The position numbers and the translations under genes were made by a program. Positions 27,211 to 36,600 of a stretch of 39,123 nucleotides of DNA are shown here, one piece after another (position 1 is the stretch's first letter; each line of letters begins with the position of its first letter). Source of the stretch: a bacterium (GTDB taxonomy: Bacteria; Auribacterota; UBA3054). The DNA is taken from positions 1 through 39,123 of the forward strand of contig JAFYHD010000115.1 in assembly GCA_017539325.1 (NCBI GenBank), read 5' to 3'. Under the pieces are notes generated by a model. It was not told the DNA's origin. It did no database searches and saw only the letters and a list, made by a program, of their open reading frames with translations.

Positions 27211-27239
27211 AGTGTACACCTTTGGACACAAAAAGTCAA
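27211..27239 (-). promoter_or_regulatory. R-M operon promoter with overlapping inverted repeat
   Basis: Minus strand TTGACT (27239-27234), 17 nt, TACACT (27216-27211); GTGTACA-cctt-TGGACAC at 27212-27229. Confidence 0.6.
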
Positions 27240-27342
27240 TTCTTTTGGGCTATAATAAAGCCCCAAAAATGTTGTCACTAAAATAATTTTGATCTAATAG
27301 AATCTAACAATGTCTGTAATATTTATTTAAAATCATTTTAAC

Positions 27343-27369
27343 AAAAAGTCCTAGCGGGTGCTAGGCTTT
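27343..27369 (-). terminator. Terminator after the Fic gene
   Basis: Minus strand cctagc-accc-gctagg followed by acttttt. Confidence 0.65.
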
Positions 27370-27407
27370 ATTGTCATAAAATTGCGACTTTTGGGATGGG
27401 TTTGTGG

Positions 27408-28277
27408 TTAGGGTTCTTCGTAGTAGTAGGAGTAATCTATTCCCTTCATGAACATCTCACGGTCGTTAATTTTTGAGGTGAGAGCGTCTCGGAGGAGTTT
27501 CTTGATTTGAGTGCTATCAGTGACACTCTGGCGCATTGCGTCGAGGTAGTATCGTTTGTCGATTTTGCTCCAATCGACGCAGCGTTTGAGCGACCGCTTC
27601 AGCATGAGGTCGAGCCAGATGCGCGTGGCGCGACCGTTGCCTTCCATAAATGGGTGTGCAATGTTCATTTCGATGTACTTGTCGGCAATTTCGTCAAATG
27701 TCGTTTCCGGCATTCTCTCGATTACTGGAAGCGTCGCAGCAAAGTTTTGCGCATTGGCGAATGTGAACCCGTCTTTAGAGATGTTCAAGGTTCGTATTTG
27801 CCCGGCGAAGTCATAAAGTCCTCCGAAGAGATAGGCGTGGATCTGCTGGAGACACTTCACCGTCCCCGGTTCGAGACCGGCCAAAATGCCGCTTTCAAAA
27901 AGGGCATACGCCTTTTTCTTGCTCTGTCCATCGATGGTGCTGTCGGAGTAGAGGAACCAGTCTAGGAAGGCAGTAGCGCGGTCGTTGGGTATCTTTTTGG
28001 CAAGTGCGATGACGCCATCAGAATCTAGAACATCGCTCAACCTGCGTTTGCCATCGGGAGCCACCAATTTCAACTGGGTAGTGGCACTAACCAGTTGGTC
28101 ATTTTCGCGCCTCAACTTCGCCTTTAGCCACTTCCAATAGTTCCTGGTCTTGGCGTAATCGACTTCCTGATTGATGGCTGCTATGACATCCAAAGCAGAG
28201 AACCACCATTTCGTCGCTTCGTCGTCCCAGACGGCGCGCACCTCACAATCGTTGAAAAAGCGGATCGAAAGTTTCAT
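27408..28277 (-). CDS. fic: Fic-family protein adenylyltransferase with N-terminal Bro-N-like domain
   Basis: HPFMEGNGRATR signature; C-terminal GIDYSYYYEE similar to the class III inhibitory helix; N-terminal VRAVWD..KWWFS..DV...RNYW. Confidence 0.88.
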   Translation of the reverse strand: MKLSIRFFNDCEVRAVWDDEATKWWFSALDVIAAINQEVDYAKTRNYWKWLKAKLRRENDQLVSATTQLKLVAPDGKRRLSDVLDSDGVIALAKKIPNDRATAFLDWFLYSDSTIDGQSKKKAYALFESGILAGLEPGTVKCLQQIHAYLFGGLYDFAGQIRTLNISKDGFTFANAQNFAATLPVIERMPETTFDEIADKYIEMNIAHPFMEGNGRATRIWLDLMLKRSLKRCVDWSKIDKRYYLDAMRQSVTDSTQIKKLLRDALTSKINDREMFMKGIDYSYYYEEP

Positions 28278-28307
28278 TGCAGATTTCCTTGCGGCTCGGT
28301 CTATTTT

Positions 28308-29798
28308 TTAATTCGTTTCGTTGATTATTTCGAAGGGAGGAAGCGGGAGGTTGGAGTCTTCCGAGAAGATGGAGCCTTCGTAGGGGGGCTGGGCAAGGTA
28401 GCGGAGGCTCTTTGGGTTTTTGACTTCCGGGGAGGAGACGATGAGCTGGGTGCCTTTTAATTGACTGTCGTTATGAGTTTCGTTCAGGAGTTTGGCGGGA
28501 TGGAATTCTCCGTCCGCTCCAGCGATCTCGAAGCCTTTGGGTTCGGAGCGGTCGTCGTTGTAGTAGTACCAGTTGTGGTTGTCGAAACTAAGGATGAACT
28601 TGTCGCCTTCGATGATGTATTTCGTGAGCTTCGGGCTGTCCGCTATGATGTCCGAGCGGCCGTAGTCGTTTCTGAGGGCGTGTAGGGCCAGTCTTCGGGC
28701 GACGATCTCTTTTTTGTTGGGATGGACGTCGTAGAAGTTGCCGATGTCGGCGGTGGAGACAAAGGCGGCGTTCTTTTCCTGCTCAGCGAACTTGTGCTGG
28801 GCGAGGCGGAGCCTGTAGTACTGATCGTCGAAGGGGGCGAGCTCAACGAAGTAGATCTTGAGATTCGGATTCTGGAATTCCTTCTTCCAGCCGTCGTAGA
28901 GGGCCTGCATCTTGTCGGCGTAGATCTCGTGCTCGAAGCTGTTCTGGCAGCCCTGGTACCAGATCATGCCTCTGGCGGCGTAGGGCGCGAAGGGATTGAC
29001 CATGGCGTTCCAAAGAACGGTGGGCTGTTCATGGAACCAGGTAATGGCGCCAAGGGCCATGCTTTGGTCCCATTTGTTGGTGACGGGATACTCGGCGAAG
29101 GCTTTGAGCGTCGGGTGATTCTCGTAGCCGGAACGGGGCGTCCAGGCGTCGATGTTGGTGCCGCCCCAGCTGGCGTCGATTATGCCGATGGGGATCTCCA
29201 AGCTGGCGTAGAGCTGCAGGGCGTAGTAGAAAGCGATGGCGGAGATGGTCTTCTTGTCGGGACTCTGATCGTGGCATTCCGTAATAGCTTCCCCGGTGAA
29301 GGGACGCCACTGGCAGTTGATGTCTTTTTGGGGTTGGACGTTCCAGGCCCTGTGGGGCTTGATGAAGCGGATGTAGTTGTTTTGAGTGATAGTGAGCATC
29401 ATCTTGCCGTAAGCGTCGCGGTAACGCACGCCGTCGTCCCACAGGGGGCACTCCATGTTGCTCTGTCCGGATGCCAGCCAGACTTCGCCGACGAGGATGT
29501 CGTTCGCTTCTTTTTTTTCATCGGAATCGAAGGATCTGACAAGCAGCGTCCTCGGCTCTTTGGAAGCGTGCATGGGCGCGAGGGTGGCTTTCCAATTGCC
29601 GTTGTAGTCGGCTTCGGCCTTGGCTATCTGTTCGGCGAAAGTTATTTCAAGGCGTTCCTTCACGTTGGCGGTGCCCCAGATGGTGACGGGCATTTCGCGC
29701 TGGAGAACGGCGTGGTCTTTGAAGGGCGTGCCGAGCTTGATCTCGGCTGAGGCTTGGAAGGCCAAAACGATGGTTAGAAAAAATAATGCTTTCTTCAT
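28308..29798 (-). CDS. Secreted sialate O-acetylesterase (SASA/SGNH family), paralog of 20305..22449
   Basis: Signal peptide; GEVWLASGQSNM, WGGTNIDAWTPRSGYENHP, WYQGCQN and DVHP. Confidence 0.85.
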   Translation of the reverse strand: MKKALFFLTIVLAFQASAEIKLGTPFKDHAVLQREMPVTIWGTANVKERLEITFAEQIAKAEADYNGNWKATLAPMHASKEPRTLLVRSFDSDEKKEANDILVGEVWLASGQSNMECPLWDDGVRYRDAYGKMMLTITQNNYIRFIKPHRAWNVQPQKDINCQWRPFTGEAITECHDQSPDKKTISAIAFYYALQLYASLEIPIGIIDASWGGTNIDAWTPRSGYENHPTLKAFAEYPVTNKWDQSMALGAITWFHEQPTVLWNAMVNPFAPYAARGMIWYQGCQNSFEHEIYADKMQALYDGWKKEFQNPNLKIYFVELAPFDDQYYRLRLAQHKFAEQEKNAAFVSTADIGNFYDVHPNKKEIVARRLALHALRNDYGRSDIIADSPKLTKYIIEGDKFILSFDNHNWYYYNDDRSEPKGFEIAGADGEFHPAKLLNETHNDSQLKGTQLIVSSPEVKNPKSLRYLAQPPYEGSIFSEDSNLPLPPFEIINETN

Positions 29799-29801
29799 TT
29801 T

Positions 29802-31874
29802 TTATTCCTTTTTGTTTTTCGGGCAGTCGGGGCATTGGATCTCGGTTTCCTCTTCGCTTTTGGGAGCCGGCTTGACGTTCCTGATGTCGGTGAGGCCTTC
29901 AACGAGCTTGCCGTCCGGCTTGGGGAAGAACCTGACCAGCTGGGTGGCGTGGCTGGGAACTTCGCAGGAGTAGTTCTTAGAGAAGATGCCGATGTCCTGC
30001 TGGCGCCAGAGGTCCCTGGCGAGCCAATGGCCTTCCAGGCCAAGGCTCTTCATGTCGGCGACAATGGTAATTTTGGGAGGTCGCTTGGATTTGTTGAAGA
30101 AGGCCATGACGATGGAGCCGTCGGACATGGGCTTGGCCCAGATCTCGCTCATATCGTCTTCCTTGATCCTGGCGGCCTGGGCGCCCAGTTCGTCCTGGTT
30201 CACTTCGATGACTTCGTCGTTGGTAAGAAGGGAGAGGGTGAATTCGTCAAGGTCGGTGAGGTCACAGCCGATGAGGAGAGGAGAGCAGAGGATGGCCCAC
30301 ATGGACATGTGGGTGTACTGCTCATTCTGAGTCAGTCTGGTGGGATGGAGGGCGCCCCAGCCGACTTTGCCTACAATCAGCATGTCGGGGTCGTTCCAGC
30401 CGTCCGGTCCGGCGTAGATCCACAGGGGGACCTGCTGCTGCAGGATCCCGAACATGCTGTCATATGTGTCGGTAATGTCGCCGGTGGTGCGCCAGCAGCT
30501 TCCATTTACTTCGTTGCCCCACTTGGAGACATCGCCCCAGCCGTACTGGCAGAGAGAAAAGAGGATGTCGCGGTTCTGGGATTTCAATGCCTTGCCCATC
30601 TGAGTGTAGGGCTTGGTCCAGTAAACTTTCCCTTCGCCTGTTGCTACTCTGGAATAAGAGCACCAGTCGTATTTGAGATAGTCGTAGCCCCAATCGGCGT
30701 AAGTCTTGGCGTCCTGTTCCTCATGCTCCCAGCTGCCGACGCAGCAGCCGCAGGTCTCGGGACCGGGAGAGGAATAGAGGCCGATGCGCAGACCCAAGGA
30801 GTGGACGTAGTCGGCAAGGCCTTTCATGTCGGGGAAGCGCTTGTTGGTGGCGATCGTGCCGTCCGGGAGTCTCTCCGGGCCCATCAAAGTAGCGTCGTGC
30901 TTTTCCCTCGGGCGGTTCTGCCAGAAGTCGTCGATGTTGATGTAGTTCCAGCCGTGGTCTGCCAGGCCGGACTTTACCATGGCTTCCGCGGCCTTTTCGA
31001 TATCTTTTTGGGAGACCTTGCCGGCGAAGCAGTTCCAGCTGTTCCAGCCCATGGGAGGTGTGAGGGCGATCTTGTCCCCCACCGTCAGTTTCAGAGTCCT
31101 TTGGGTTTCGCCCAGGGCGTTCTTGGCCTTGAAGGTGATGATGTAGTCGCCGGCGGTCTTGACGCTGCCGGTGAGGATACCAGTCTTTTTATCGAAGCTC
31201 GTGCCTTCGGGAAGATTCTCAGCCGAGAATTCCATGGGGCGGTCGCCGGAAACGGGCAGGCGGTAGATGATCGGGTGGTCAGGTCCCACGCCGAAAACTT
31301 TCGGGCCGTTGATGCGCGGCGTTTTCGGGATCTTGGGGCTTAGGATGCCGAGCTGCTCGGAACTTCTTACCATGGGTTCTATCACGGCTCCGTCTTCCGC
31401 GATGAAGACCGCCTTACACCAGTCGGCGTGGTCGCACTCCTCGCCGTCGATCTTGTCTATCTCGAGCTCGACTTTTTTCGCACCCTTGAGGTCGGCCTTC
31501 AAAAGGGCCGGGCCGCGGTTGCCGGCTTTGTCGCCAAGCTCCGGAGTTTCCGCCACCAGCTTATCGTCGGCGTAAACTCTGAAGATGACGGAAGCGCCTT
31601 CCTCGGCCTCGTCGTCGATGCCCACCACCGCTCCGAAGGCGACGGTCTTGCCGTCAAGTTTGTAAAGCGCCTCGCCGGGGGAATGCGAGCCAACGCCTCT
31701 TTCATAGACCTTGCCGGCTATTTTCAGAGGATTGCCGTCCACGCTGCGGTTTCTGGCGGCGGTCTTCCAATTCTGCCTGATGTGGTCAAGCGGCATCGAA
31801 TCGAGCCAGATGTTGGTTACTGCCAAAGCGTCGAGCGCGGCGAAAAGGCAAAGTGCGAGGCAAAGTTTCTTCAT
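29802..31874 (-). CDS. GH27 alpha-galactosidase with NPCBM/NEW2 and putative Ig domains
   Basis: TPPMGWNSWN, YINIDDFW, YLKYDWC (nucleophile), WRTTGDI (acid/base), WNDPDML; N-terminal RSVDGNPL..GVGSH..VGIDD..HADW. Confidence 0.92.
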   Translation of the reverse strand: MKKLCLALCLFAALDALAVTNIWLDSMPLDHIRQNWKTAARNRSVDGNPLKIAGKVYERGVGSHSPGEALYKLDGKTVAFGAVVGIDDEAEEGASVIFRVYADDKLVAETPELGDKAGNRGPALLKADLKGAKKVELEIDKIDGEECDHADWCKAVFIAEDGAVIEPMVRSSEQLGILSPKIPKTPRINGPKVFGVGPDHPIIYRLPVSGDRPMEFSAENLPEGTSFDKKTGILTGSVKTAGDYIITFKAKNALGETQRTLKLTVGDKIALTPPMGWNSWNCFAGKVSQKDIEKAAEAMVKSGLADHGWNYINIDDFWQNRPREKHDATLMGPERLPDGTIATNKRFPDMKGLADYVHSLGLRIGLYSSPGPETCGCCVGSWEHEEQDAKTYADWGYDYLKYDWCSYSRVATGEGKVYWTKPYTQMGKALKSQNRDILFSLCQYGWGDVSKWGNEVNGSCWRTTGDITDTYDSMFGILQQQVPLWIYAGPDGWNDPDMLIVGKVGWGALHPTRLTQNEQYTHMSMWAILCSPLLIGCDLTDLDEFTLSLLTNDEVIEVNQDELGAQAARIKEDDMSEIWAKPMSDGSIVMAFFNKSKRPPKITIVADMKSLGLEGHWLARDLWRQQDIGIFSKNYSCEVPSHATQLVRFFPKPDGKLVEGLTDIRNVKPAPKSEEETEIQCPDCPKNKKE

Positions 31875-31884
31875 TTGTTTCTCC

Positions 31885-33648
31885 TTATTTGTTGAAGCCT
31901 TTCTGGTTCATGAATTCCCAGATGCGGTCCATAAAATTGTAACTGCCGGTGCCGGGCGCGGCTTTGGCCTGGAAGCAGTGGTTTCTCGTGGCGAAGGTGT
32001 GAAGTTCGGACTGGATGCCCATGCGGCGCATCTGCTCCCAGACTTTCACGGAGTTCATGGCGCTCCAGCCGTCCGAATCACCGTGCAGGAAAAGCACGGG
32101 AGGCGTGGCGCGGTCGAAGGCGAATTCCTTTACGATCCTGACGTCGTCGCCGTTGCCGTCGCCGTTGTTGTTCCTGTCGATCTGGTCGGTCACGCAGTAG
32201 GCCGGGTAGATCGCCACGCCCCACTGGACGCTGCAGAAACAGTTGTCGATGTCGTCGATGGGCCAGTAGGCGTGGGAGAGGGAGTTCAGGGCGCCCATTA
32301 AGGTAAGGTGTCCGCCGGCGGAACAGCCCATGATGCCGATCATATTGGGATCGAGTCCGTATTCCGGGGCTTTCTTCCTGACTATCCTGATAGCGCGCTG
32401 CAGATCCTGCCAGGCGGAAATGTGTTTGGCAAAGGGCGGCAGCGGCCTGGGCTCGCGGTGCTTCAGGGTGACCACCGTCATGCCCTTCTCGTTGAGATAG
32501 CGTCTCACCGGCGCGGCCTCGAAGCCGTCTGGGTCGTTGCCGTAATAGCCGCCGCCGGAATAGACGATCTGGATGGACTTGGTCTTCAGTTCCTTGGGGA
32601 AGTGCCATTCGATATAGGGTCTTACGGTCTGGTTCGTCTGGACGTCAGGCATTCTGCCCTCCGGCCAGATCTCTTCTTTCTTGTAATCTCCCCTAGCGTC
32701 GTCTTTGGCGAAGCGGTCCATAAGTTTTTCTTCCTTGCCCAAGCGTCCGTCGAAATTCATCTGGCGCAGGAATTCCTCTGCGCGGTCGAACCAGGTGTCG
32801 TAGGGCGCGCCTTCGCAGGCCTTCGTCCCCCACTTGCCCATGAAGCCGTGGCTGCGGTCGGCAAAGAGGTGGAGTTCCGCGGGGATCTTCATTTTTCTAA
32901 GCTGGCGGTAGATCTCCGTGGAGCCGTTGGGGGAATAGAGGTCCGTGCCGCCGTGGAAAAGGCACAAGGGACAGCTCTTGGCGTCGAATTTGAAGGCTTT
33001 CGTTAGTTGGACGTCTATGGAGTTGCCATCCCTCTCGTTCGGGCCAGTGAGGCCGTCTGAGAGCGCGTAGGCGGTGTAGATGGGTATGGCCCAGTTGATA
33101 TGGCAGGATATTTCGTCCAGCTCGTCGACGGGTTCATAGGCTTTCGTCTGGCTGCTGACGGCGAGCATGACCGTCAGGTGCGCGCCGGCGGAAAAACCCA
33201 GGGCGCCGATATTGTCGGGAGAGTAGCCTCTCTTCTTCGCTTCGCTCCTGACGATCCTGACGGCGCGCTGGCCGTCCTCCCAGGCTGTCTGGTAGATGGG
33301 AAGTCCCTTGGGACGCGGCACGCGGTAAGCGAGGTTGACGCACTGGAAGCCCAGTTCCGTCATGCGTTCCGCTATGGCGTCGACCCAGGGCATGTCGCAG
33401 CGGCATTCGTAGGCGCCGCCGGAAATCAAAATGAGGCATCCCTTGGCGGGGTTGGCTTTCTTGGGCGCGGCGTACCACTCGAGTCTGGGCGTCTCGCTTT
33501 GGACCTGATGCTCCTGAAGGTCGGGCGTCTTCCCTTCCGGCCAGAGGGGCGTCGTTTCGCAATCACTTGGGAGAGCGAAGATCGTTCCGGCGAAAATCAG
33601 GATCAGCAGAAGGAAAGCGAAGGGATGATCTTTGGGAACGATATTCAT
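31885..33648 (-). CDS. Secreted tandem double alpha/beta-hydrolase (carbohydrate esterase-like)
   Basis: Two domains, each with an SGG(A/G)Y oxyanion loop, GxSAG (GFSAG, GCSAG), HG..D and a C-terminal His (SHGF, NHCF). Confidence 0.85.
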   Translation of the reverse strand: MNIVPKDHPFAFLLLILIFAGTIFALPSDCETTPLWPEGKTPDLQEHQVQSETPRLEWYAAPKKANPAKGCLILISGGAYECRCDMPWVDAIAERMTELGFQCVNLAYRVPRPKGLPIYQTAWEDGQRAVRIVRSEAKKRGYSPDNIGALGFSAGAHLTVMLAVSSQTKAYEPVDELDEISCHINWAIPIYTAYALSDGLTGPNERDGNSIDVQLTKAFKFDAKSCPLCLFHGGTDLYSPNGSTEIYRQLRKMKIPAELHLFADRSHGFMGKWGTKACEGAPYDTWFDRAEEFLRQMNFDGRLGKEEKLMDRFAKDDARGDYKKEEIWPEGRMPDVQTNQTVRPYIEWHFPKELKTKSIQIVYSGGGYYGNDPDGFEAAPVRRYLNEKGMTVVTLKHREPRPLPPFAKHISAWQDLQRAIRIVRKKAPEYGLDPNMIGIMGCSAGGHLTLMGALNSLSHAYWPIDDIDNCFCSVQWGVAIYPAYCVTDQIDRNNNGDGNGDDVRIVKEFAFDRATPPVLFLHGDSDGWSAMNSVKVWEQMRRMGIQSELHTFATRNHCFQAKAAPGTGSYNFMDRIWEFMNQKGFNK

Positions 33649-33659
33649 TTTGACCTCTC

Positions 33660-36600
33660 TTAGAAAAGTGAAAGCTGGGTGTCAGGTTCCGGTTCTGGTT
33701 CCGCTTTGGGTTCCTCGGGAGGAGGAGGCGTGGGAGCGTTCTCCTGGACCTTCGGCTCTGGTTTGGGTGTCAGCGTGTTGGGCTTCACGTAGGTCTCGGC
33801 TTCCGGAGCCTTTTCTTCTTGCTTGGGAGCGGGGCTGGAGAACATGGAGAAGAAATCCGTCTGGCTGGATTCCGGCATGTCGCCCAGGAGTCCGTCTTTG
33901 TTCATGGCCGCCAGAAGCGTGCTGTTGCAGCCCACCAGGCGCTGGAATTCCTCCTGGTTGGAGAAGGTGCCGACTTCCTCCCTGGCCTTGACGATGCTGG
34001 CGGCCACGGCCTCGCTCAAACCCGGGATCGAGTTAAGAGGCGGCAGGATCTTGCCGTCCTTAATAAGGCACTTGGTGGGATGGGACTTGTAGATGTCCAA
34101 AGGCATCATCTCGAAACCGCGGGCGTACATTTCCTGGGCCAGTTCGAGAATTTCTATGGAAGCCTGGTCGTTGGCAGTGGCGTCCTTGCCTTTGTTTCTG
34201 AGAGAGTAGAGCTCCTGGCGGACGGCCTTCAGGCCTTTGGAGACAAGGGTGGAATTCAGGTGGTCGCGCTTGATGGAGAAATAGGTGGCGTAGAAAGCCA
34301 AGGGGTAATGCACCTTGCAGTAGGCGATCCTGGCGGCGTTCAGAACGTAAGCCACGGCGTGCGCCTTCGGGAACATGTATTTGATCTTCTTGCAGGAATC
34401 CACGTACCAGTCCGGAACCTTGACCTTGCCCATGGCCTCCTCGTCCTCGGGCTTCAAGCCTTTGCCTTTACGAACGCTCTCCATGATCTTGAAGGCGTGG
34501 AAGGGCTCCATGCCCCTGCCCTTAAGGTAGAGCATGATGTCATCTCGGGTGCAGATGACGTCGCTGAGCGTGAGCTTCAGGTTGGTGATGAGGGACTGGG
34601 CGTTGTCGAGCCAGACGTTGGTGCCGTGGGAAAGACCGGATATCCTAATGAGATCCTCGATGTTTTTCGGCTTGGCGTCCATGAGCATGCCGCGGACAAA
34701 ATTCGTGCCGAATTCCGGAATGCCCAGCGTTCCCGTATTGCTGTCGATGTCCTCGGGCTTGACCCCCAGGGCCTCAACGGACGTGAAGAGGCTCAGCATG
34801 GCGGGATCGTTCAGCTCCAGCTTCGTCACGTCGAAGCCGAGGTAGTCGCTTAGAAGCTTGATCTGTGTCGGCACATCGTGTCCCAAGATATCCAGCTTCA
34901 GAAGCTGCGATTCCATCTTGTGGTAATCGAAGTGCGTGATCTTGTTCTGGGCGTCCTTTTTGTCAGCGGGATACTGCACAGGGCAGAAGTCCGTGATCAA
35001 TTCGCCCTTCGGAAGAATGATCATGCCGCCCGGATGCTGGCCGGTGGTCCTCTTCACGCCCACCAGCTGGAAGATGACGTACTCCTTCATGGCAGCGGGC
35101 ATTTTCAGTCCGGTCTCGTCAAGGTATTTCATAACGAAGCCGTAGGCCGTCTTGCTCTGCAAGGTCGCGATGGTGCCGGCGCGGTAGACGTTCTCGATGC
35201 CGAAGAGTTTTTCCGTGTAGCGGTGAGCCTGGCTCTGATACTCGCCCGCGAAGTTAAGGTCGATATCCGGCGTCTTGTCGCCTTTGTAGCCCACGAAGGT
35301 CTCGAAGGGAATGTCGAAGCCGAAGCGCCCCATGGTTTCCCCGCAGACCGGGCACTTTCTGTCAGGCAGGTCGATGCCGATAGTTTGGGTTATGCCGTTT
35401 AGGGGCGTCGCCCTGGGCTCGCCCTCGTCGTCGTAGCCCACGAATTCCGTCTTGTGGCACTTCGGGCAGACGTAGTGGGCCGGCAGGCTGTTCACTTCCG
35501 TAATACCGCTCAAAAACGCCACAAAGCTAGAACCCACGCTGCCTCTGGAGCCAACGATATAACCGTCGGACAAAGATTTCTGCACCAGCATCTGGGCCAG
35601 CATGTAAAGGTCGGCGTAGTGGTTCTCGATGATGGAGCCGATCTCGCGCTCAAGCCTCATCAGCGGGATCTTGTGGGGATTTTCGCCATAGACCGCGTGC
35701 AGCTTTCCGTAGCATAGGTCGCGTAGACGCTGCTCCGCGTTCTCCACTTTCGGAGGATGGAAGCCGTCGGGAATAGGCTGGAGATCTTCCAGCGATTCCG
35801 CGATCTTTTTCGTGTTCGTGATGACGATCTCTTTGGCTTTCTCCTCGCCAAGATAGCTGAATTCCTCCAGCATTTTGTCGGTGGAGCGGAAATACAGAGG
35901 CGCCTCGGTCTCATCGTCGTAGCCCTGGCCAACCTGCAGGATCTTCCTGGCCAGCGCGTCCTTTTCCTCGAGGATATGCACGTCGCAGGTGGCGCAGACC
36001 GGTTTTCCGTACTTCTCGCCCAGCTCGACTATTTTCTTGTTCAGCCTGACAAGGTCGTCGTTGCTCTTTATTTTCGGATACTCGACCTTGCTTTTCAAGA
36101 AGACGTTGTTGCCCAGCGGCTGGATCTCGAAATAATCGTAAAGATTCTGCGCCTCAGCGAAACGCTTGTCGAACTCCTCGGAGGATATCTGCCCGGCGTC
36201 TTCCTTCAGCACAAGGTTGAAAAGCTCGCCCGCCACGCAGGCGCCGCCTATGACCAAGCCTTCCCTGTACTGCTCGAGAATATCCTTGGGGATAAGCGGA
36301 TGGGAGTAGAAATATTCCGTGTGGGAGACTGATACAAGATCGTAAATGTTGTGCAACCCTTTCCTGTTCTTGGCGTAGAGAATGATGTGATAGGTGTTGG
36401 CCTTGATGTCGGAGGCGTCCTGCTTGCTGAGCCCTCCGGAATTCTTGCTCTCAAGGCGTTTTTTGAGTTCCTCGGAAGGAATGTTGACAAGGTATCCTTC
36501 CACGCCGAACAAAAGTCTTATGCCTAATTTCTTGGCCTGCTTGTAGGCGTCGGGATAGATGTGCACGTTGCCGTGATCGGTGACGCCCACCGCAGGATGT

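Larger units (their letters stand above)
22600..27400. mobile_element. AT-rich horizontally acquired defence island (approximate limits; no integrase visible)
   Basis: Visibly lower GC than flanks; carries R-M genes; lies between two SASA paralogs. Confidence 0.6.

Noticed and set aside
20173-27400. CRISPR array or integron attC cassette array
   Set aside because: No regularly spaced identical repeats, no convincing attC core-site pairs, no cas or integrase gene
35455-36400. Intein or frameshift in polC
   Set aside because: The frame is continuous, there are no intein motifs, and insertions are short loops
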